64,000 nt of DNA from an uncultured Pseudomonadota bacterium (lineage in GTDB: Bacteria; Pseudomonadota; Alphaproteobacteria; Rs-D84): positions 12,794-76,793 of the forward strand of contig CASETE010000004.1 in NCBI GenBank assembly GCA_949290785.1, given 5' to 3'. Numbering within the stretch: the first letter of the stretch is position 1; every line of letters begins with the position of its first letter. A model generated the notes under the pieces. That model was not told the DNA's origin and did no database searches. It was given only the letters and a program-made list of their open reading frames with translations. The position numbers were made by a program, and so were the translations under genes. Below are positions 56,214 through 64,000 of this stretch, one piece after another.

Positions 56214-58295
56214 TTATTTTGTTAATTTCTTTATAACCTCATCTGCAACGTTCTGTGGAACTTCGTCATAGTGTGACAATTCCATATAAGGATTTGCACG
56301 ACCTTGTGACAAAGAACGCAACGTTTTTACGTAACCAAACAAGTTCGCCAATGGGACAAACGCAGAAATAACCTGATTACCAAACTGAGTTTCAATGCCG
56401 TTTATCTGACCACGACGACTGTTCAAGTCACCGATGATGTCACCGACGTATTCTTCCGGCGTCGTGACCGAAAGTTTCATAATCGGTTCCAGCAATTTCG
56501 GCGATGCTTTTTTCATTGCTTCGCGGAAGCAAGCACGCGCCGCTATTTCAAAGCACAATACATTAGAGTCAACTTCGTGATATTTACCATCTACCAATGT
56601 TGCTTTGAAATCCACTGTTGGATAGCCAATCAGAACGCCCGTCTGTTGCGCTATCTTCAAACCTTTTTCTACGCCGGGGATATATTCTTTTGGAATCGCC
56701 CCACCAACAATCTTGTTTTCAAATTCATAGCCCTTGCCAGGTTCCAAAGGTTCAAATTCAATCTTTACCTGGGCATACTGACCAGAACCACCAGATTGTT
56801 TCTTGTGTGTATATTCTTCTGTGACAGGTTTACGGAACGTTTCACGATATGCAATACGTGGTTCGCCAACATTAACGTCAACCTTGAATTCACGTAACAA
56901 GCGGTCAACCAGAATTTCCAAGTGCAATTCACCAACGCCCGCCAAAATCGTTTGACCGGATTCTTCGTCAACAGATACGCGGAAAGAAGGATCTTCTTTT
57001 GCCAACGCTTGCAAGCCCAAAGACATCTTTTCAATATCCGCCTTGGTTTTCGGTTCAACCGCGATACTGATAACAGGTTCTGGAACGTGTATGTTTTCCA
57101 AGATAATCGGATTCGCTTCGTCACACAAAGTATCACCAGTAATCGTTTCTTTCATACCAACCAAAGTAACGATATCACCAGCAGACGCTTCTTTGATTTC
57201 TTCACGTTGATTAGAATGCATTAACAACATACGACCAACGCGTTCACGTTTGTCACGATTAGAATTGTAAATATAAGAACCAGATGACAGTTTACCAGAA
57301 TAAATACGAATAAACATCAAGTTACCAACAAACGGATCGTTCGCAACCTTAAACGCCAAAGCACTGAAAGGTTCTTTTGGATCTGCATGACGTTCAGCAA
57401 CTGTTTCGCCATCCATTTTGGTACCCTTGATGGCAGGAATATCCAATGGCGATGGCAAGTAATCAACAATTGCATCCAACAACGGCTGAACACCTTTGTT
57501 TTTAAATGCAGTACCACACAAAACAGGATTAAAGTTTTGATTAATGGTACCCTTGCGAATCAATTGTTTGATCGTTGCAACATCAGGTATTTTACCTTCC
57601 ATGTACGCTTCCATAATTTCGTCATCTAATGTAACAACTTCTTCAATCAACTTATTATGCAGTTCTTCTGCTTTTTCTTTTAAGTCTTCTGGAATTTCAA
57701 TAACTTGAGGTTCTTTACCCAAATCATCTTCCCAAACGATACCGCGCATTTCAACAACGTCAACAACACCACGAAAATCGGATTCCGCACCAATTGGGAA
57801 ATTAACCACCAACGGATTTGCCCCCAAACGTTCACGAATCATATCAACGCAACGGAAAAAATTACCCCCGATACGATCCATTTTATTAATAAAACAAATA
57901 CGTGGAACGTTATAACGGTCCGCCTGACGCCATACTGTTTCTGTCTGAGGTTGTACACCAGATACAGACTCAAATACAGCAACCGCACCGTCCAAAACGC
58001 GCAAGGAACGTTCTACTTCCATAGTAAAGTCAACGTGCCCTGGGGTATCAATCAAATTAATACGATGATCGCGCCAAAAACAAGTAGTTGCCGCAGATGT
58101 AATTGTAATACCACGTTCTTGTTCTTGTTCCATCCAGTCCATAGTGGCGCCACCATCGTGAACTTCACCAATCTTATAGGTTTTACCAGTATAGAAAAGA
58201 ATACGTTCTGATGTAGTTGTTTTACCTGCGTCAATATGGGCCATAATACCGATATTGCGATACATATTTAAAGGTGCGGTTTTTCCGACTGACAT
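56214..58295 (-). CDS. fusA: Elongation factor G
   Basis: ...[26 protein letters not shown]..., 693 aa. Confidence 0.97.
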   Translation of the reverse strand: MSVGKTAPLNMYRNIGIMAHIDAGKTTTSERILFYTGKTYKIGEVHDGGATMDWMEQEQERGITITSAATTCFWRDHRINLIDTPGHVDFTMEVERSLRVLDGAVAVFESVSGVQPQTETVWRQADRYNVPRICFINKMDRIGGNFFRCVDMIRERLGANPLVVNFPIGAESDFRGVVDVVEMRGIVWEDDLGKEPQVIEIPEDLKEKAEELHNKLIEEVVTLDDEIMEAYMEGKIPDVATIKQLIRKGTINQNFNPVLCGTAFKNKGVQPLLDAIVDYLPSPLDIPAIKGTKMDGETVAERHADPKEPFSALAFKVANDPFVGNLMFIRIYSGKLSSGSYIYNSNRDKRERVGRMLLMHSNQREEIKEASAGDIVTLVGMKETITGDTLCDEANPIILENIHVPEPVISIAVEPKTKADIEKMSLGLQALAKEDPSFRVSVDEESGQTILAGVGELHLEILVDRLLREFKVDVNVGEPRIAYRETFRKPVTEEYTHKKQSGGSGQYAQVKIEFEPLEPGKGYEFENKIVGGAIPKEYIPGVEKGLKIAQQTGVLIGYPTVDFKATLVDGKYHEVDSNVLCFEIAARACFREAMKKASPKLLEPIMKLSVTTPEEYVGDIIGDLNSRRGQINGIETQFGNQVISAFVPLANLFGYVKTLRSLSQGRANPYMELSHYDEVPQNVADEVIKKLTK

Positions 58296-58359
58296 GTTAT
58301 TCTTTCCTTATTTTGTTTTTATTGTTCGCCTGTTTGATTTCATATATTCCATTACAATA

Positions 58360-58833
58360 TTACCAACGGAAATGAGCAAATGCTTTATTCGCTTCTGCCA
58401 TTTTATGAGTATCAATTTTCTTTTTGAACGCGCCACCTTGACCATTCAAAGCGTCACGCAATTCACCAAACAATCTATCTTCCATTGAACGTTCGCCACG
58501 TTTACGAGCAAACATAACCAACCAACGCAAAGCCAATGTCTGTTGACGATCTGGTCTTACTTCAACAGGAACCTGATAAGTAGCACCACCAACGCGACGG
58601 CCCTTTACTTCAACAGAAGGCTTTAACGCATCAACAGCTTCCAAGAAAGCGGCCAATTCGTTACCGTCTTTTGCTATCTTTTTCAATTTATCCAATGCAC
58701 CATAAACGATATTTTCGGCAACTTCTTTTTTGCCGTCCCACATAACAACATTAATACATTTTGCAACAACCAGATTATTATACTTGGAATCTGGTAAAAT
58801 TTCACGTTTTGCTGCACTTTTACGTCTTGACAT
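58360..58833 (-). CDS. rpsG: 30S ribosomal protein S7
   Basis: [28 protein letters not shown]... Confidence 0.95.
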   Translation of the reverse strand: MSRRKSAAKREILPDSKYNNLVVAKCINVVMWDGKKEVAENIVYGALDKLKKIAKDGNELAAFLEAVDALKPSVEVKGRRVGGATYQVPVEVRPDRQQTLALRWLVMFARKRGERSMEDRLFGELRDALNGQGGAFKKKIDTHKMAEANKAFAHFRW

Positions 58834-58916
58834 TTCATTTCCTTTTTTATTTCTTCATCTGGGACATCCCAAATTACTCACACAGAACGAACTGCGTGTT
58901 TATGTTTATACTAAGC

Positions 58917-59288
58917 TTATTTACCAGCCTTTGCACCATACAAAGAACGGCCTTGCTTTCTACTTTCAACACCCTTGGTATCCAATACACCACGAATGAT
59001 GTGATACTTAACACCTGGCAAGTCCTTTACACGACCACCACGAATCATAACAACGCTGTGCTCCTGTAAGTTATGACCTTCGCCCGGAATATAAGCCGTA
59101 ACTTCACGACCATTAGCCAATTTAACACGGGCAACCTTACGTTGCGCAGAGTTAGGTTTCTTAGGCGTGGTTGTGTACACACGCGTGCAAACACCACGTT
59201 TTTGCGGACACGCCACCATATCAGGCGCAGTACTTTTAACAGCGACCTTTTTACGTGGTTTCCGAATCAGTTGATTTACTGTTGGCAT
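58917..59288 (-). CDS. rpsL: 30S ribosomal protein S12
   Basis: [48 protein letters not shown]. Confidence 0.97.
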   Translation of the reverse strand: MPTVNQLIRKPRKKVAVKSTAPDMVACPQKRGVCTRVYTTTPKKPNSAQRKVARVKLANGREVTAYIPGEGHNLQEHSVVMIRGGRVKDLPGVKYHIIRGVLDTKGVESRKQGRSLYGAKAGK

Positions 59289-59615
59289 TCAAAATCTCTT
59301 TGTTTTTTTACTACTTTTTGTCTGCACAAGCCCGTCTATCAGACTTATTTCAACGGCATGACCGCGATTATAAATCTGTCAAACAGTGCAGATTTCTGTG
59401 TTTTTTTCTTTCCTTGTTTACACGGAAAGCGAACATACTATAACCACGAACCCCAACATTGTCAAGAAAAATATGGGATTTTTTATCAAATAAATGACTT
59501 GAAAACCTTGCAAATCTGGGAATAAAAACACAACCAATAATGACAACTTTTTTATCAGTACAAAAACCAAACTAGACAAACAAAAAATTCGGACAATACA
59601 GTTTAAACAAACCAA

Positions 59616-60383
59616 TTAAAAGACCACGGAAAATTCGGCGCCTATTTTCCAATAATCATCGGGCTTTATATCATTATGCTCGCTATTTTTAGTTTTAAAG
59701 TGATACTTTAAATACGGATGCACAGATGCATTTTCCGACATATTATATACCAGCCCCAATTTTATATCTCTATCATACAAAGTTACTGGTGCTTGAATTT
59801 CTTTAAAAGCAAAGTTCAATTCTGTTTTCATGGCAAAACTATCCGAGAAATAATACATTCCTTCTAACGTCAAAGAAGCATTCCAAAAATTTTTTGGTTC
59901 TGCGAAAACGAACTGACCTGTTATTTTTGCTGCCCATTGAAACGCATCACCTGCTATACCGTGTATACGAACGCCAGCATCAAAGTTATTATTACCAATT
60001 CGCTCGTCCGTTTGCGCATCTTTGGTCCACGCAATTCCATAATCAGCAGACAAATCTAATTTAAAACCATTATCAGTCAAAACTTTATAACTTAAACCTA
60101 CCTGAGAATCAGAATAATCATTTCCTGTACTAAAAGAAACAGTCCAATCGTTTAAGAAAGTATAATCTAACTCAAAACCCGATTCTTCTATGGTACCAGA
60201 TGAAAAATCATCACGCGCAGTACCTTCTTTATTCATACCAGTTTTAAAAGCCGCACCGAACGTTGCTGAAAATTCACCATCTTCTGTTAAACGACTGACA
60301 TCCGATATTCCCCCTGCCCTGGCGCCACCATGCAAAAAAATCAAAGGAAATACTAATAAGAAGATTAAATTATTTTTTACCAT
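59616..60383 (-). CDS. Putative outer-membrane beta-barrel protein (hypothetical)
   Basis: Signal-like N-terminus, alternating hydrophobic beta pattern, and a C-terminal ...IGAEFSVVF ending in Phe. ATG 60383 is preferred over TTG 60392. Confidence 0.55.
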   Translation of the reverse strand: MVKNNLIFLLVFPLIFLHGGARAGGISDVSRLTEDGEFSATFGAAFKTGMNKEGTARDDFSSGTIEESGFELDYTFLNDWTVSFSTGNDYSDSQVGLSYKVLTDNGFKLDLSADYGIAWTKDAQTDERIGNNNFDAGVRIHGIAGDAFQWAAKITGQFVFAEPKNFWNASLTLEGMYYFSDSFAMKTELNFAFKEIQAPVTLYDRDIKLGLVYNMSENASVHPYLKYHFKTKNSEHNDIKPDDYWKIGAEFSVVF

Positions 60384-60457
60384 ATCCACCAACCGTTTTT
60401 ACACGATATATATTGACATACCAGCGCATAAAAATTCTACAGGAAGCAAATCACAAA

Positions 60458-60991
60458 CTAAAAAAGCGTTCTGAAAGACAGCCTAAAACCATTCGTATCT
60501 GCTGATAAATTTACTTTTGTATCATAAGAATCAACAACGCCCCACGTCACTATTGCGCTTACCGCGGCACCAGCCAGAACGTCATGCCAATAATGCGCCC
60601 TGACATGCACTCTTGTCCAACCCGTCAATACAGCCATAGCATAAGGAACAACGGCAGACCGCCAACCGTACCTTTTATGAACGAACATCGCACTAGAGAA
60701 AGCGCCCGCAGAATGCCCACTGGGGAAAGATAAATCATCACTACCATTTGGTCTTTCTTCACGGATTGTTCTTTTAAGAATTTCTGTAACTCCTTGTGAC
60801 AAGACGACAGATTCTGCAAATTGTACTGTACCAATAAAATCTTTTGCTTGTACCGTCATCCCCAGCGCATATCCAGCCCCCATTGTCATCAATAAGTCCC
60901 CTAATTTATTTGGGTCTGTAAAAGGTCCAGCAACAGCAAATTTTGAACCAAACAATACCGCAATAAACGATATACAAACTTTTTTATTCAT
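60458..60991 (-). CDS. PAP2-family lipid phosphatase (177 aa), secreted/periplasmic
   Basis: Start moved to MNKKVCISFIAVLFGSKFAVAG (ATG 60991). It has the acid-phosphatase motifs KRTIREERPNG, PSGHSAGAF and RVHVRAHYWHDVLAGA. The upstream part of ORF 60458..61216 overlaps RNA element B and is not considered coding. Confidence 0.8.
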   Translation of the reverse strand: MNKKVCISFIAVLFGSKFAVAGPFTDPNKLGDLLMTMGAGYALGMTVQAKDFIGTVQFAESVVLSQGVTEILKRTIREERPNGSDDLSFPSGHSAGAFSSAMFVHKRYGWRSAVVPYAMAVLTGWTRVHVRAHYWHDVLAGAAVSAIVTWGVVDSYDTKVNLSADTNGFRLSFRTLF

Positions 60992-61027
60992 TCTGTTTTT
61001 CCCTTTTTCTGCCAAAAAATGCAGCAA

Positions 61028-61237
61028 GAAAAACCACCAAATAAATTGGTGGTCGGGAGTTGAACAGTCAAATATACGATGACCTTGTTGCCTTCGGAAT
61101 AAGTACCTATTGTATAGCAACAACATCCCGACCAAAATCGGGACATAAGTCAGTTCGTTTAGTATATTCGGGTGTTCAAGCCCTTCCTTACTAACCATTG
61201 TCTTTATAAAGAACATCTAAACCCACATCTAGATGCA
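61028..61237 (-). ncRNA. Candidate structured RNA / attenuator leader, copy B (paralog of 15384..15620)
   Basis: Terminator ACCACCA-loop-TGGTGGT plus T5 at 61028-61053. The long-range helix is 61051-61058 with 61126-61133, and the competing hairpin is 61127-61142. Blocks shared with copy A are GAUGUGG, GUAAG.AAG, GGUCAU and U.AACUCCC.GACC. The 5' end is uncertain (weak TAGACA-17-ATTATA promoter near 61244-61272). Confidence 0.45.
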
Positions 61238-61277
61238 CTTTTATATAATAGCAAGTCAGTAAACTTTGTCTATAAAA

Positions 61278-61305
61278 ATAATCCGACCAAACGGCCGGAT
61301 TATTG
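61278..61305 (-). terminator. Intrinsic terminator after 61327..61911
   Basis: On the minus strand, AATAATCCGGCC-GTTT-GGTCGGATTATT is followed by TTTTATAG. Confidence 0.65.
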
Positions 61306-61326
61306 TCTTTTTTGCTGTCGCATAAC

Positions 61327-61911
61327 TTAGAAGTTATACAAGAACCCAATCTGGAAAGCACCGGTATTGGCAACGTTTGAAGAATCTACGTTAAAGCCAA
61401 AAGACCAGTCTTCTGGTACATCCAAATCTTTGTTTTCAAAGTTATAACCAGCATACACACCCATAAAGTTCAGGTTAGCATACAGTGTAAAAGCTTCTGA
61501 TATATCGTATGTTATCATTGGTACGACAGACGCTGACAAACCAATCGTTGTTTCGCCGTCGCGTACATCTACATCAGAAAACAGTGTTTGGAAGTTTGCA
61601 CCAACCGAGGCTTTTGCCAACAGTTTAAAATCGCCAAACTGTGCTATTTTATAACGCGTGAATCCGTTAACGCCGTAATTAAACACATCATCGTTATGTT
61701 CATCATCATTATAAGTATAACCCAGATTAATACCCATACCAAAATCCCAGTTATCGTTATATTTCCAGCCGACTTCTGGTGCAACATTTACAATATTAGT
61801 ATGTGTATCATCCATTGATAAGCCAGCAGAGCCGCCGACAAAGTAATTTGCCGCTTGGGCACTGGACACAGCAAAAACCGCCAACACAGAAGTTAAAACT
61901 ATTTTTTTCAT
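61327..61911 (-). CDS. Small outer-membrane beta-barrel protein (OmpW/opacity-porin-like, 8-strand class)
   Basis: Signal peptide MKKIVLTSVLAVFAVSSAQA, alternating beta strands, and a C-terminal GAFQIGFLYNF. Confidence 0.65.
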   Translation of the reverse strand: MKKIVLTSVLAVFAVSSAQAANYFVGGSAGLSMDDTHTNIVNVAPEVGWKYNDNWDFGMGINLGYTYNDDEHNDDVFNYGVNGFTRYKIAQFGDFKLLAKASVGANFQTLFSDVDVRDGETTIGLSASVVPMITYDISEAFTLYANLNFMGVYAGYNFENKDLDVPEDWSFGFNVDSSNVANTGAFQIGFLYNF

Positions 61912-62169
61912 TTTCCATCCTTATGGTTTCTTTTTTTCCTAACTAGTTTTTATGCTAGTTATTACTATTTTAATCTGTAAACAAACAGATACGCAAGATT
62001 AAAGATTTTTGCAAAAACGCAAAAAATATGATATGCTATGGCAGTTATCCGAATCGGATACAAATCCTAGCATCTTATTGAAAGCATTGATTTTTCTGAT
62101 ATTCGCGTTTTGACACAAGCGAATCGGCCTTCAAAAAAATTATTATAAAATATAATGAATGTCGTTTTT

Positions 62170-63183
62170 TTATTTTTTATTTCTATTTTTTTTAATTGCG
62201 CGCCAGTCAGCGTGGTTTTTTAAATGTTCTTCATAAGACTTTGCGAAATTATGTCCGCCCTGTCCATCCGCAACAAAAAACAAGTAATTCGTATCTGCGG
62301 GTTGCAATACAGCATATATCGCATCAATGCCAACATTAGCAATGGGTGCCGGCGGCAACCCATAATGTACGTAAGTATTATAAGAGCTGTCTATTTTCAA
62401 ATGTTCGCGCAACAAAGGCGCCCCTTGCATATCACCAAGTTTATCTGTTAAAGCATATACAACCGTCGGGTCTGCTTGCAATCGCATATTTTGACGTAAT
62501 CTATTTAAATATACACTGGCGACGATTGGCATTTCTGATTGCTTTGGCGTTTCTTTTTGTACAATTGAAGCCAAAGTAACGATTTCGTTCCAGTTTTTTA
62601 ACGGCTCTGGCAATATCCGACCCGCTTTTTCCCAGTTTGTATGTATATCGTCCATTTTTTTGCGCATTAAATCCAATACGGCCAAACGCGAAGTACCGCG
62701 CGCAACTCTATAAGTATCGGGGAACAAGTCACCGTCGCGCAAATCGCACACCGGTAAATCGGTTCCTTTACCGCATTCTACTGACCCTCTTAACGTTGCG
62801 GTTTGTAACAATAACTCTTTTATTTGCTTTACCGTTAAACCCTCTGGAATTATGACCGTAACAGTTGCGACATCACCCTTGGACATCATGCGGGCGATTC
62901 GCCAAACACTTGCCCCGGTATGAATGTCATAATTACCGGTTTGTATTTGACCGCCGTTCACCCGTACAGCAATTTTGAATAAAAGACGTGAATTAATCAA
63001 ACCATCTTGTTGCATTTGATTGGCGACCGCGGAAACGGTTTTACCGTTTTGCACATCAAATAATATATCTTCTTTTACGTTTGAACTGATGCCAAAGAAG
63101 TAGACAACAACGCATGCGATAAAAGCGCAAACCAAACACAATACTTGGATTAAACAATGTTTTGAAATTTTTCTTTTTTTCAT
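62170..63183 (-). CDS. mltG: Endolytic murein transglycosylase MltG (YceG family)
   Basis: Start moved to MKKRKISKHCLIQVLCLVCAFIAC (ATG 63183). ...TLASIVQKETPKQSEMPIVASVYLNRL...YNTYVHYGLPPAPIANVG... are the YceG signature blocks. Confidence 0.88.
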   Translation of the reverse strand: MKKRKISKHCLIQVLCLVCAFIACVVVYFFGISSNVKEDILFDVQNGKTVSAVANQMQQDGLINSRLLFKIAVRVNGGQIQTGNYDIHTGASVWRIARMMSKGDVATVTVIIPEGLTVKQIKELLLQTATLRGSVECGKGTDLPVCDLRDGDLFPDTYRVARGTSRLAVLDLMRKKMDDIHTNWEKAGRILPEPLKNWNEIVTLASIVQKETPKQSEMPIVASVYLNRLRQNMRLQADPTVVYALTDKLGDMQGAPLLREHLKIDSSYNTYVHYGLPPAPIANVGIDAIYAVLQPADTNYLFFVADGQGGHNFAKSYEEHLKNHADWRAIKKNRNKK

Positions 63184-63237
63184 AACGGACCCATTATACA
63201 ACGCGAAACGAAACCATACAGCATACACATTTTAACC

Positions 63238-63314
<77 letters not shown>

Positions 63315-63478
63315 ATTTCACACAATAAATCTGGCTTGATTATGCAACCCAGTTAAACAAAAATCAATCACTTTTATTTCATTTTTTAATTTACTTATTA
63401 AAATTATTTGCAATACTTTCCTTTGCAAGTTACAGATAATTTATATTTTATTTATTAATTAGACCAAAGGCACTACAT

Positions 63479-64000
63479 ATGTTTGCACTTAAATTTTTAA
63501 AAAAAGATAAATTTGAAAATTATAATGATTACGTACAGAACGGAAAACCACAGGTACCAGATAACTTTAATTTTTCTTATGATGTAATTGACGTCTTGGC
63601 GAAAGAAACGCCCGACAAAGTCGCATTACTGTGGACAAACGATACCAACGAAAAAAAATCTTTTACTTTTAGTGACCTATCAAGAATGTCAAACGCCGCG
63701 GCAAATTTTTTGACGTCACGTGGCTTACACAAAGGTGATACTGTTCTGTTGTTTTTACGTCGTCGGTGGGAATATTGGATTTTAATGCTGGCAATGCATA
63801 AAATCGGCGTTATACCCATTCCGTCTACTAATCAATTAAAAACCGAAGATATTGAATACAGAATTCAGCAAGCCGACGTAAAAGCAATCATTGCATTTGA
63901 TGACGGACACGTTTTCACCGAAATAAAAAACGCGTTAACGGATAAAGATATACAACTTATTTCTAATGATGATGTTGCGGCCTCGTTAACATCTATGCCC
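63479..64000 (+). CDS. AMP-dependent acyl-CoA synthetase/ligase, N-terminal part (runs off window end)
   Basis: The frame is open from ATG 63479 to the window edge. Hand translation gives MFALKFLKKDKFENYNDYVQNGKPQVPDNFNFSYDVIDVLAKETPDKVALLWTNDTNEKKSFTFSDLSRMSNAAANFLTSRGLHKGDTVLLFL.RRWEYWILMLAMHKIGVIPIPSTNQL. This is the typical N-terminus of medium-chain acyl-CoA synthetases. Confidence 0.7.
   Translation, partial: MFALKFLKKDKFENYNDYVQNGKPQVPDNFNFSYDVIDVLAKETPDKVALLWTNDTNEKKSFTFSDLSRMSNAAANFLTSRGLHKGDTVLLFLRRRWEYWILMLAMHKIGVIPIPSTNQLKTEDIEYRIQQADVKAIIAFDDGHVFTEIKNALTDKDIQLISNDDVAASLTSMP

Noticed and set aside
60992-61216. N-terminal 75-aa extension of the PAP2 ORF.
   Set aside because: The extension covers the terminator and helices of RNA element B. 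The internal ATG 60991 gives a proper signal peptide and a normal PAP2 length.

Overview
This is an AT-rich (judged by eye, not computed) chromosomal segment from a diderm bacterium. No rRNA, CRISPR array, transposase or integrase was seen.

**Right third (39.8-59.3 kb, minus strand).** It holds a complete str/S10/spc/alpha ribosomal supercluster: rpsL-rpsG-fusA-tuf-rpsJ-rplCDWB-rpsS-rplV-rpsC-rplP-rpmC-rpsQ-rplNXE-rpsNH-rplFR-rpsE-rpmD-rplO-secY-rpsMK-rpoA-rplQ.
- The intercistronic spacers are unusually long and structured.
- Two short hairpin families recur in the spacers.
- A small opposite-strand Cys-rich gene sits between rpoA and rpsK.
- adk, rpmJ, rpsD and infA are absent from the cluster; infA lies at 5.2 kb.

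**Left two thirds.** Housekeeping genes are interleaved with a large accessory envelope gene set.
- Housekeeping genes: infA, tRNA-Gln, a SIMPL-like protein, a choloylglycine-hydrolase-family amidase, a DUF1015 protein, a PpiD-like chaperone, tpiA and grpE.
- At least seven large secreted cysteine-rich paralogs of unknown function share recognisable Cys motifs, low-complexity N-termini and glycine-zipper segments.
- Two tandem Pmp-repeat autotransporters are present.
- An ankyrin-bearing subtilase-like autotransporter appears to have lost catalytic residues. A 152-bp inverted copy of one of its internal segments lies 7.2 kb away.
- A translationally coupled three-gene operon ends in a protein with Cys-repeat modules, a glycine zipper and an OmpA-like domain.

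**Candidate RNAs.** Two paralogous ~210-240 nt structured elements (15.4 kb and 61.1 kb) show compensatory base changes and a mutually exclusive hairpin / long-range helix / terminator layout. They sit immediately upstream of an autotransporter gene and a PAP2 lipid phosphatase gene. I could not assign them to any riboswitch or sRNA class I know.

**Window end.** It carries two small beta-barrel OMPs, PAP2, mltG, tRNA-Pro and the 5' part of an acyl-CoA synthetase gene.

All family assignments are by-eye motif recognition; no database search was run.
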